A stretch of 64,000 bases of DNA, taken from Phoronis australis (taxonomy: Eukaryota; Animalia; Phoronida). The position numbers and the translations under genes are program-made. Position 1 is the first letter of the stretch; every line of letters begins with the position of its first letter. Location: assembly GCA_002633005.1 (NCBI GenBank), contig NMRA01000144.1, positions 1-64,000 on the forward strand, in the 5' to 3' direction. The notes beneath the pieces are model-generated. The model was not told the DNA's origin and searched no databases. It saw only the letters and a list, made by a program, of their open reading frames with translations. This document shows, in pieces, positions 39,001-49,650 of the stretch.

Positions 39001-42000
39001 AGCTTCTGTTATCGCCCTCTTTTCTGAATAGGAGAAAGGTTTGATAAATTAGACCTCATGTGGCTAGTGGATACAGTCTTTCACTGTTTAACTCGAAAAA
39101 CAAATAAAGATTAGCTGAGTAAAATATGAAATAAAAACGCAAGAGGCGAGTTGGGGTGGAGCTACTGAAATAGTGTTTCTTTAATGCTGCCTACACAGAG
39201 GAACCTCTGGCAAAATGTGAATTTTACATGAGTTAATGAAAAAACACATTTAATTATTATTGATTAAAAAATTTTCGAAAATAAATTAATTTCTTTGCAA
39301 TTTAAGTTTTGACGGCCTTAATTATATTTCGCGGTTAACTGATTTTCTCTCTTTATATGTAAGTGTGTTTTTCCGGACTTTAGGGCCTCACAATATAGGG
39401 TTATAACTATAGAAGATGTTACTTCGTTATTTTTCTATTATGCTTCATTTTAACACACTGATATTGTCTAAATGAACTCAGACTCAAATTTAAACTAGTT
39501 TAGCTCAAGCAGCGTCACTTAAGAATGCGCAACTTGACTTCGAAAAGCACCACTTTCAAGATCAAGATCACGATTGCCGCGTCCCATTTCGATAAATGAC
39601 GGTTAGGTCACCTTGTTGGGATTAATTGTTGGAGTGAATCACCTGAGAAGAGAAGTTTCTTTGTAATAGATCTAGTTTTCCTTTTATTGCGGCTTATCTC
39701 GTCTAGTGACTGAACTTGTGTAAGGCTAATCTCGAGTTCAGTATCAAATAAAATTATAAAATAAAGTTTGATGTCACATGGTATTAATTATTTAATGACA
39801 AATTAACAATACTTCAACGCATGTTTTAGAATTGAATTTGCTTTATTTGAAGTGAAAATCTCATTAAAATGCTTTATAAATCATTCACTATACACTTATA
39901 ACAACGATTGCTTCGTGGATTTTTGACAATTCTAAACTGTACTGAACCCTCTCCACAAGATGACCATCAGTCAAGTACTGTATCTTTAATGTATTACATG
40001 TAGATGCACCTTCATTGTTTCTAGTGCGTCACATGTGTCAATATGTTGAAATAACTAAGACATTTCAGGTCTATAGGAGATGTTAGAACCCTATCATGGA
40101 GCTCATTATTTAAGAAATTTTAGCACTTTTAACAGAGGGCTAGCTTCAGAGGGGCCTAGCTTACAAGGGAAAGACACAGCAGAAGATCGATATATTTTAT
40201 AGTCCCTGTTGTAGCAATACAAAAGTAGACAAGCTGAGATAGCTCATGTTTATTTCTCGCTGGTTCATTTCCATTCGTTTGTTCATAAAATTTCCTTCAC
40301 TCACCTCTTGCCTCACGTGTTGCCGAGTCTTGCTGTGACTCAACTGTGATGTCACGGTAGAAAGTGCTGCGCCGTCTATCGCCGTTTGGCAGCAGTTCAG
40401 ATTCCAATTCCAAATGCTTGTAGATTGTGCATTTTCCCTGCAGAGCAAGTAGCAATAAATATTACATTTAGTAATGCAATACACTCGTGAGACACTTACA
40501 GCGAAAACGTTTCGCTCATCATAGGAAATTGTGAATTTCCTTCCTCTATGTGGGGAACATTTTGCACCGGCACCCTAGTAAGATTTCGAGTTCACTTGTG
40601 GAATACTAATCCCTCAGGGCCTACCCAGATTCTCAAATGCAAACAGGCTGAACATCGACTTCATGAAAACAGCAAACCATTTTACAACGAACGTCATAAA
40701 TGAGAGTTCACAGCACGAAACACTGAGTGCGGTCTCGTGTTGTCCAGGTCACCTCATATTGGATGAAGGTAACATAGCTAGTAGGCCTACATGTACATGT
40801 ACCAATCTTCCTACATCAAGCCAGGTGTATATGTATACGATAGTTTTCTAAATGAAGAATGTCAGATGGTAATGAATTGAGAAAAGTAAAGTTTTTATGT
40901 TATGTATTAATTTATTTTACACATCAAAATACATGTCCAGTTGTACATATATGCTAGCTGGCAACTAAACAACCTTGACAGGCCCTAGCCTGATTACATG
41001 ATTGTACATTTGTGCTATGCCACTGGAAGTACGCTACAAAACTATTATAAAGCCACAAACCTCCATGCAAATATATATCCAGTCATCATTAGCACTGTCC
41101 GTCACGATGATCTTGCCTGTTTTGTACTGCAGTGGAACAAAAAAGAAATTATGCGAGCACCTCATGGGTTCATCCACATATACACTGTAAATCCCGTTGT
41201 GGCTCGAAAGGTCAGTTTCAAAGAAACATAATTAATGTTGAATGTTTTAATGATAATCACTAACGATACGGGGAACAGAATCGTGATTCCAAACTTTGTT
41301 GATGGACAGTGTTGGTGGATATGCTTGAATTTCAGTTGCCCCGGAGACCAGCAGCGCACTACAGGTGCACCACGCGAGTCCATCCCATCTAGGAACAAAC
41401 CTGGCACGGTCACCACACGCCACACGCTTAAATTGAAGCTGGAGGCCACAAAATAGGGACATTAAACGGGTTTTGTGTTTGATCTCCAGCCCTGAAAGGA
41501 CAGAACTAGTCATCATTGAAACAGCAGGGCACAGGTTATATTAGGCCCAGGCTTGTAATGCCGTTTACTTCTGGTCTGAATTGGGATGACAAGACACTGT
41601 TGTTCACCAACCTAGCTGGTGCCTCAGGGAGCACAGCAGACTTAAAACAGTATGGATGATGCGTGGCATATTGATCTAAAATATTGTGATCTTAGTCTAT
41701 CAATGAACGTAAATGCAATTAGGAAGATTGTATAGATCTACATTAATTCATTAGTCGTGTAATTCATAGCGTAGCGATATCGTCAGCCATAGGTGTGTGT
41801 CTAAAGGCAGAGCAGTGTTTGACACATACCAATGTAGAACTACTAGTTTCGACTCTGCATGAATGGCCAATTACAAACAGCAGCTCCAAATAGATTTTGT
41901 TTTTGCTAAAAAGTTTTTATTTTATCTTGAAGACAGAAAAATGTGTTAAAAGCGATGTTCTGGTAAGTTAAATATTGTAAGTAAAATGTAACCTTTTCTA

Positions 42001-45000
42001 CCGTGGAATAGCACCGAAATCTAACCTTAGACCATGCCACAATTACCAACTAACTTTTATTCTTAATCCGATTAATATTTTCAAAAACTCTAGAAGCCAT
42101 GTTCTGGTGTTAAAAACATCATATTTCTTCACACGCGTCTTTGCTCTTCCAAAGCACTGTTATCGGTTCTGTTGTTTGAATTCCATGTGGTTACAGTAAG
42201 ACGCCGGGAAATCTCCTGATGGTCACATTGCTTTGGAGAAAGGAAACTAAACAGCGACATGTACATGTGCAAGTGAAAGAAATGCTCTGCAGCAATAACG
42301 GCACGCTAGTTGTTCTCAAGTCTGGGAATCTTTTCGAATTTGAGTAAATGACAGGATAAATAAATTTCCGTATAACAGTATTGGGCAAATTCAAAACTTA
42401 GTTTTTGACTGCATGTGTGGATTTATTTCCTCTCAAAAACCCGAGTATAAATGCATAACCTCATTGAAGGTCAGTGTAGGCCTACTGTGCATTAAACTAA
42501 AAACAACAGGTTAGCGTTCAATAACACTAGGACCTACGCTAGGACCAAGCTAAAATCTAGCCGAAGTCACGTGTTCTCATTTAAAATACACGGCAATATC
42601 TCACGTAGTCTCGCGAAGTATTGCTTTTTAGCGAGGTCCTAGCGTTACTGAACGGGAGGCAGGTATACCTCTTGTATCTGGGCCTCAAAGCAGATACTCT
42701 GTAACGCGTCATCAGTCCACCATTTTGTTTGAAACAGGGGCATGTTACTGAAAGAACGAAGACATATAAGTGACGATTCAATACGAAAACACTGCCTCGT
42801 CTGCTTTATCAATGATAACAAAGTCACGGACAGGTGCTTGAAAGACCTGTTATGTTATGCCACTGACATTGTTCGTAACCTGACGTTGTTATAGTCGCAC
42901 GGGACTAGAGAAAGCTACATGTATAGAGGCGCAAGAATAAGACCCAGGTCAGGGTCACGTTGATTACAAGTTATACGCTAGGTAGCAACACCCGCGTCAC
43001 ATTAACACGCGTTGCTATTGTTGAACAATGCACCTGACTTTATGCGAGAATTGCACTTAACCAGCGTCGAAGTTTTTGGTCAGACTACACAGTCACCAAA
43101 AGCTGACGAAGAAACAAGAAGTGGGGGCGATCTTCAAGAGCCTGACCCGATCCGTTTTCCCTCGTCATTAAGAACTTGGTCTACCTGTACACAAAAACGA
43201 CAGACTTTTCGGTACACACAGTTTTATCTAAGAACATAGAATAATGTATCTCGCTTCATTTTGGTGGCTTTTAAGCACAAAAACTCAAATATGGTCCGTT
43301 GCATATCAGTGATGGTTAAACTTCTACATCGAGGCAACTGCTTCCTTCGTAGCGAAAACGTTGGAAAATGATCGTTGCCTTCACCCACCTGATAAAGTCG
43401 ACCTTCTCTTCCAATTCTTGGTCAAAAATACGAGGACATACATTGCTGAAGATTTCTTTCTCCACCACCAACAATTCGCAGGCTTCACGGCACCTGATAT
43501 TTGCTTGTCGAGTGATGTCTTTTAGCAACGCCAACTCCTGCAAAAGAATTTCGTTTTTATACAGTCTCATGCAGATTTCGTCTCCTTTCTGCTCGAAGCC
43601 ATCACCATTTCCACTAACAATATCATTACCAACATCATCACCACCAATATCCTCGTCATTATCGACTCTGTCATCGTCACCATTGTTGCCATTGTCATCG
43701 TCATCGTCGTATTTCTTTTCATTTCCTTGCCTGAGTATCAACAAGACGTCACACAATTCTTTTTGAACCTATGCTTTAAATTCGGTGATGCGACCAACAA
43801 GATTAGTCCATTGACATTGAGACGAATTTGAACCAAATTGAGGCACATGCTCATATGGTCGTATTGCTCTCAAGGGCCGTTTTTCTAACCACGCCGTGAT
43901 TTTCTCCAAAAAGCAGACGACAACATTAGATTGCGTCGCGTTCTCTGTCCAAAACGCTGTCTAGCCAATTATTGGCGTGCTTTGGTTGTACACGCAGGTG
44001 AAACTTGAAGTAATTGAGTGTTGGCGTCTCGAAATTGTGATTTTGCAATAAAGCAGATAGATCTATGCAAATTCTCTCTTTAACTAAAGTAGAAAGTAAA
44101 ACGCAGAATCAGAGAAAGCCAGCACAGACAGGTACAACATGTACACCAACCCCAAATGAGCTTCCTCGAGTTAATATAGTGTCCGTTTGGAGAAAGGTAT
44201 TGCCGGCTGAGTCGTGTTCTTCGACATCGACGAAAACGCTTCCGGAAAAGATGAAATAAAAGTTCAATCCCACGTGACCTTTTCTTAAAACCACTCGATC
44301 CGACTCGACGCTGCAATAAAATAAAATTGACAAGTGAAGTGAAATAAAAATGACTGTGAGTATTGAAGACTGAGGATGGCAACAGAGGTCTGCGCTTAGT
44401 TACATCGTATAAAAAGCGCATGTGATAGTTTTAGGTGAAAGTCAATAGAATCTACAGTGGCAAATGTACAGGGTTGAAAGACTGACAAACCACAAGGAAA
44501 AAATAATCTAACTGAAAAATGTGGTTAACCACACTGGATCAAAATAACAAATTCTACTAAAATACTCAAATGAAGTACTTTGAAATGTACTTGATAACAA
44601 CACCGCTTGACTTTAAATTTGAATTGATGACTTCTGAATTGAAACCTTTTCACTGGATTCCAGATGAACAAAAATGCTCTCTGCTATACTTACTACTGAT
44701 AAAGAAACGACTGACAGAGGGCCAGCTGAATTCTTTCCGTAAATTTGTCGAAACTCTTCAACCCTCTCAATAGAGCATGCAGTCGCCTACAGTCATTTTC
44801 TGTCCGCTCGCTTGGTTCCTTCGACAGAATGGACAGAGCCCACGGGGCCAGACGTGTATGGATCTAAAACGATTAAGTTGAACTGAGATTTGACTTGTGG
44901 CTTTTGAACAGGTATGTTATTCTTTCCTGTGCAATTAACCTCGTATAATTACAATATTTTGATGAGGTCTCAGAGTGAACACTGCGCAGTCTTAACCCTC

Positions 45001-48000
45001 TCTTTGTCAAATACATGTAATACCGCTTAACCAAGGCTACATACCGGTATACTTACTTAAGACTACATGCGGGTATTCAAACTGGCCTCAAATTGATGTT
45101 CACACACATATAGATAGGAAGTGACTTCAGAACTTGGGAATAACTGACAGTTGGTTATCTTAATGGTCGATTGATTTGCTTGACCCCAAGCTCAAGAAGT
45201 TGGGTATCTAGTCCGGAGGCTGTTCTGTGATTCTGAGCTGGTCTCAGGGTGATAACGGGACGAACGTTCTACGTTCTAACCCAGGGTTAACCCTGGAAGG
45301 CCCTATGTGGTAAAATTGCAACACAACTTTTGATAATCTATAATTAATCCTCAATCACTTTCCACTCCTGTTCTTGATTGTATACCCTCCAAGGCCCATT
45401 GTTGCAGTAATACTACACTGGGGACCTCTCTTGACAAATGATCTAACTACATATATTTGAATTAGAAATTCAAGATGTCTGCCGCCATGACTAACGCTTG
45501 GTACGAGTTAATGGGTGCCCCATCTATGAGAGGTCGCGCTACTGGAACCACCGAATCTGTATTGCAAAACAGTTTCAGCTAAACGAACAAGAATTAACCA
45601 TAAAATAGCAGGCGACGGAAGAAAATTTGGTTAGAATCGCCAAAAGACAGTTTAGAGTCCCTTTAAACTTTGTCATTGAAAGTACGAATGCAAAACGAGA
45701 CCTGTGCTGTAGTGAAAACAGGTTCTCTTCTGGTTGCGAATCAGTTGTGCCGGCGTAATCTTTCACGTGGCACAAGAGATGAAATTCTTACCCGCTCTCT
45801 TCCGTAGACATCTTTGTTGAATGCTAAATCCCGGGCCTCAATACTATTATTAAGTTGATGGTACTGCATTTCTGTGGCTGTTTTAGGTGTGATATTAATA
45901 CTGTGTTTGATCATAAACTTGAGCCATCGTATAATCCACACCACTTTCCATTGAGCGGTCCAGTACAAATTTCGGAGCTGAAATACAACATATAAAGATA
46001 TTACAGTGTATGCCGACCTGAGGTCACGACCTCTAGTAACTGGCGGCGTTCCGTAGACTCGAGACATCCGCATGCGTGTGCGGCGAAACATCGTTGCTCA
46101 CAAAACGGAAACAGTGAGTTCTGTAGGATACTTTAAGGGTTTATACTCAGAATTTAACATGGATAACCTCACCGACCTATCACTTCAGTGGCCACCCTTT
46201 TGCAAGGTTACGCTCGTAAGATCTCGGGCATCTTGTGTGATCTCGCTTGTCTCGCAATAAACTTGTCTGTTAACGCTTCTAGGAAATTCTTTCCAACAGT
46301 GAAGTCTAAGTAAAATACCCTTCAGGTAATGCCTCATAGCAACTCTGCAGTTATTTTAAACGGGTCGCCACATATATAATAAGTTGAATGGATAAAAACC
46401 AGTAGGGTGAATCGGAAAAATTCACCCTACGTTTGAGTTCTAATACGTGACAATCACCGAGATAAAAAGCATTGAGGATAATGAAGAACAATATGGACAC
46501 TTCGCAAACGTTTGAAGCAAGTGGCCCATTCTGCATACTTACGATAACCACAACAAATTTCAACCATAAAGGTAAGACCTGCCGTCATTTCCGAGAGTCG
46601 CATTTTTACAATGAATTATTTATTATTAATTTTCCATCAGAGAAGCCACATGTTTTACAAATCCTTGACGACCTTAAAATAATATCTGTACGTTTACAGT
46701 ATCGAGCGAATATACTTCTTAGACGTCTTTTACGAAGTGATCACTCCAATTTGGTGGACATTGCTGAAAACTAGTTGGCTAAAAACCTTCACTTTTGATA
46801 AAAATGAAGGTCTTCACCGAGATCTCGGTCGAAAATTAAAAACCATCTAAAAGAAAAAAGAAAACACGAAAGCGTGACATGTAGACCGCTGAACACAGCA
46901 GTATAATTGGTTAACCTCGTGCGAAAATTTTCTCGCGCCAGTTATTAGAACAATCTCTCTGAAAAATACAGTGCTTCTAAAAAATTCGACCAGTATCTCC
47001 ATGCACACAACAAGAGTTCAACAAGGAATTCATTAACATATCGTTTGATGGATTGAAAACTAAAGTATACTCTCAAAACTATTACCCCCAGTAGGAAGAT
47101 ATGCTGCCATCTACAATGTACAACATTGCCAGACAGTATTCACCGCTTTGTGTTGAAGGAAAAATACGAGCGTAACAATGCAGTAATGTTATGTACATGT
47201 AAAGGATCAAATAAAAAATGAAGTAAGCCGATGTAGAGTTATCGCAAGAAAATAATGTATCGGGAAAATGTACCCTCCAAACAAGCACCTGCCAAAGAAA
47301 TTCTTTCAACATGTGAATTGCTTGGACAATATTTGGACATTTGAGAAGTTAAATTTGAATGAATGCCTGTCTGAACATGAAGTGCTTGTTGAATCTTCAG
47401 ACTGGTGATTGAGGTTAAAGCGCCACGAAGGAAAATTTGATTCCGGCCATTACCGCAGTAAAATTGGTCTCCGCCTGTTGCGTGCGCACATGAGAAGTGA
47501 ATTCTGCGTTTGCAAAGTACCAATAGTTCGTAATTAGTCCTTGAAACCACGCTTGCTGCATAATTTGACCCGCCGTGACAAGCCAGTTTGTAGAACCTGG
47601 CCATAGGCAGTACGAAGCGTTCATAATTGCGAACTTTGACCTTCATTTTGACCAAGAAACGATTTGAAAACAATTTCAAAACGGAAAGTATTCGAAATGT
47701 TCTTTTTTGTTGTGACATATGGGTTTAGAGCGACTTTCAATAACAGGGATCATTACGTAATATATGTAGATATAATTAAAATTAAACATACACATAAAAC
47801 TGCAGAAACAGTGTCGTTTGATTGGCGTGACCTTCCTAATTGCCAGCGTACTCATTTGGCCAAAGTATGTACTATCTCAGAATAGGGAACAGGATTGTGG
47901 AGTTTGATGTTTGACTTTATACCAGGTTCCTAATTATTGAGTAAATTTATCGCAAAACAACGTAACCAATAACAAAGCCAAATTTCGTTTGATATAAGGG

Positions 48001-49433
48001 TTCAATAGGAAATATTCAGAACGTTGTAATACTTTTCTAAATTATCATTTCGCTTGACCTAACCTTTGATTTTTTTTAAATAAAATCGTAAAATTCCTAT
48101 TCTGATAGCCTCACATGGAAAACATCTAAAAACACCCCTAAAAGTGTTAGGAAGAACCGTGTATAAAGCACAGTAATGAATCTGAAAGTTGTGTAATTGA
48201 ATCTTATTGGCTATTTCTGGATGCTCCGATATTTGTCAAATTTGGCCATTTTACGAGGGTCCGGCATAACCTTAAACGGTTCGAACATGTGCGATTGCCA
48301 TCTTGTATTATTAACAAAGATTGACGTACAGTTTTTAAGGCGTTATCTTTTTAAATGAAATATGTTGCATCACCTCAGCTAAAATCAATAAATTACGTGC
48401 AGTGGACCTTCTGCTATACAAACGTTGTGAAAGTTTCGATCCCGTTTCTCCTGCTGAATACCCGTTCTCCCTGCGACTACGCTGTGCAATACTCCCCCAG
48501 TATTTCCTATAAAAATTTCACTACGAGTCTCCTACTAAATTTTACTTTATTTTACTTTTATCACCACCGACTAACAGTGGATATGATGTTGGAACGAATT
48601 ACTTTTCATTAGCCCATTCTTACCCTTTGTTTCCTACATTTTCTTTCCTCGATAACCGCTGCTTCTCGTTCTCTTTTCAAGTTCAACCACGCCACTTTCT
48701 TTTCAGCGGGCAAAGATGTCCTAAATTTTATATTGCCAATTTTTGTCTGACAGTCAACATTTTGCCTCATCAGTCGTCTACACATTGATTCTTGTCTTAT
48801 TTTATTTTTCGCCCCGTCAACTGACTCTGCTTGTACCCGTTTATCACCCATTCTTCGACTGGTCGCATCCCCACAAGCGATAACCATGGACGCTGTTTTA
48901 GGTCGTTGCGGTAGCTGTGTGCGTCGTCGTTCACCGTCTCCAGCAGTTTTTGGACGTCGTTTTTTTCGTGAAGCCGAGTCCAGTTCATGGCTGCTACTGG
49001 ATAGATGTAAAGGCTGCGTTCTCGGCTCATCTAAAAGTTCCGAGAGAAACAGTAACCGCTTAATTTTTACGCCTTCCTTTGGCACAATTTCCTTGCTTTT
49101 ATTTTGTTTCCCATCAGTTCGCCAGTCCTTTCCTGTTTTACTATTTTCCCACTGAACAGGGGAGATTGCCTGCTCGGATAATGAAGTCACGGAAATTGAG
49201 GTGTGCAGGTCAGTTTCAGCGGTACTCCCGGTGCTGGCACTATTTTGTTGGCAGCCATTTACACAGGGACGGATCTTTGGCAGACCTGCATCTTGTATGG
49301 GAGGCAACTCACTGTCCATCGACCCATAGCAAGAGGATCCGGACTGTGAATGCAGTTGCGACATCTTGATTTCTGTCACGCGAGGGCATTTACAGATTCC
49401 GGTAGGTACAGTGTAGGCTGACACAAGTGACAT
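35770..49433 (-). CDS. Cyclic nucleotide-binding domain protein (CNBD2-like), ~886 aa, 13 coding exons
   Basis: Exons 49433-48624, 45977-45792, 44863-44694, 44310-44151, 43537-43389, 42747-42669, 41126-41061, 40437-40305, 39023-38917, 38128-37913, 37600-37446, 36774-36635 and 36059-35770. All are GT-AG and phase-compatible, total 2661 nt. CNB motifs VVLRKGHVGLNFYFIFSGSV and GSSFGELALLKDITRQANI. The start codon is uncertain (49433 or 49364). Confidence 0.88.
36389..36456 (-). mobile_element. ~70-bp mini-MITE copy (reverse) with 5-bp TSD (ATACT) in the last CNBD intron
   Basis: ATACT|TAAGGGCGGCGCACC...TTTTTCAGTGCTGTGCCGCCCATG|ATACT. Confidence 0.82.
36635..36774 (-). CDS. CNBD gene exon 12
   Basis: caacctag|G YKTDGELLYSYELKNKWDGFKHEVV...YLVNYAE+G |gtatct. 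It could alternatively read through to the stop at 36603. Confidence 0.8.
37446..37600 (-). CDS. CNBD gene exon 11
   Basis: tgtttttcag| DLFAIVRNGCGIASLILVSSGAKLLRIKRTRFF...ISNKD |gtaagt. Confidence 0.88.
37913..38128 (-). CDS. CNBD gene exon 10
   Basis: tttgatttag| LKEVVNIHEEEDAVK...ELVFLSIGTLSPLEVF |gtgagt. Confidence 0.86.
38917..39023 (-). CDS. CNBD gene exon 9
   Basis: ctcctattcag| KRAITEAKEQNEKHKLDKTRLLNSMALEWVDVHEK |gtaaaa; phase 1 to 0 bridges exons 8 and 10. Confidence 0.8.
39190..39545 (+). repeat. Old dispersed repeat, homologous to ~22520-22905
   Basis: Colinear similarity blocks as described for 22520-22905. Confidence 0.55.
40305..40437 (-). CDS. CNBD gene exon 8
   Basis: tgctctgcag| GKCTIYKHLELESELL...SATREAR+G |gtgagt. 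Confidence 0.87.
41061..41126 (-). CDS. CNBD gene exon 7
   Basis: ttccactgcag| YKTGKIIVTDSANDDWIYICME |gtttgt. Confidence 0.87.
42515..42654 (-). mobile_element. ~140-bp MITE with 21-bp imperfect TIR
   Basis: CGTTCAATAACACTAGGACCT...AGGTCCTAGCGTTACTGAACG; second copy at 29185-29325. Confidence 0.82.
42669..42747 (-). CDS. CNBD gene exon 6
   Basis: ttctttcag|T NMPLFQTKWWTDDALQSICFEAQIQE |gtatac. Confidence 0.85.
43389..43537 (-). CDS. CNBD gene exon 5 (phosphate-binding cassette)
   Basis: ttcttttgcag| ELALLKDITRQANIRCREACELLVVEKEIF...EEKVDFI |gtgggt. Confidence 0.92.
43600..43712. repeat. (CAT/CGT)n low-complexity tract in CNBD intron 4
   Basis: It produces the poly-Asp/Gly stretch of ORF 43316-43756, upstream of the true acceptor at 43538-40. 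Confidence 0.8.
44151..44310 (-). CDS. CNBD gene exon 4 (CNB beta-barrel)
   Basis: ttttattgcag| VESDRVVLRKGHVGLNFYFIFSGSVFVDV...LTRGSSFG |gttggt. Confidence 0.92.
44694..44863 (-). CDS. CNBD gene exon 3
   Basis: cgttttag| IHTRLAPWALSILSKEPSERTENDCRRLHALLRGLKSFDKFTERIQLALCQSFLYQ |gtaagt; N-terminal helices of the CNB domain. Confidence 0.9.
45792..45977 (-). CDS. CNBD gene exon 2
   Basis: gtatttcag| LRNLYWTAQWKVVWIIRWLKF...DLAFNKDVYGRER |gtaaga. Confidence 0.85.
48624..49433 (-). CDS. CNBD gene exon 1 (long, probably disordered N-terminus)
   Basis: 270 open codons ending KCRKQR|gtaaga, phase 0. Ser/Arg/Lys-rich with repeated RPKTA. Confidence 0.75.
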
Positions 49434-49636
49434 GTCCAGAGAAAGTCAAACTCGTACAATCGTCCTTGATGCACGTGAGCTGTTTAGTCCTAACTCGCAA
49501 TATTCCATGTCCAATGACCATTTGCATTTCCAAGAATGCATGTAAGTTCCACCGGCGGTATATAAATTACACATAGAAGAAGACGGCGTCCGTGTCTTGC
49601 ATGACATCCTCGTTCCCTTGGGTGTCCGACACTATT

Positions 49637-49650
49637 CTGCCCATAGCAAC
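49637..49650 (-). promoter_or_regulatory. Candidate RFX X-box upstream of the CNBD gene
   Basis: CTGCCCATAGCAAC (GTTGCTATGGGCAG on minus) has one perfect X-box half-site, ~200 bp upstream of the first ATG. Confidence 0.35.

Noticed and set aside
43060-43185. Exon-like segment with a good minus-strand acceptor in CNBD intron 5
   Set aside because: Stops in all three frames, and an immediate TAG in the required phase.
47239-47718. 159-aa minus ORF as an extra CNBD exon
   Set aside because: Exons 1 and 2 already join in frame, and there are no convincing splice sites or motif.
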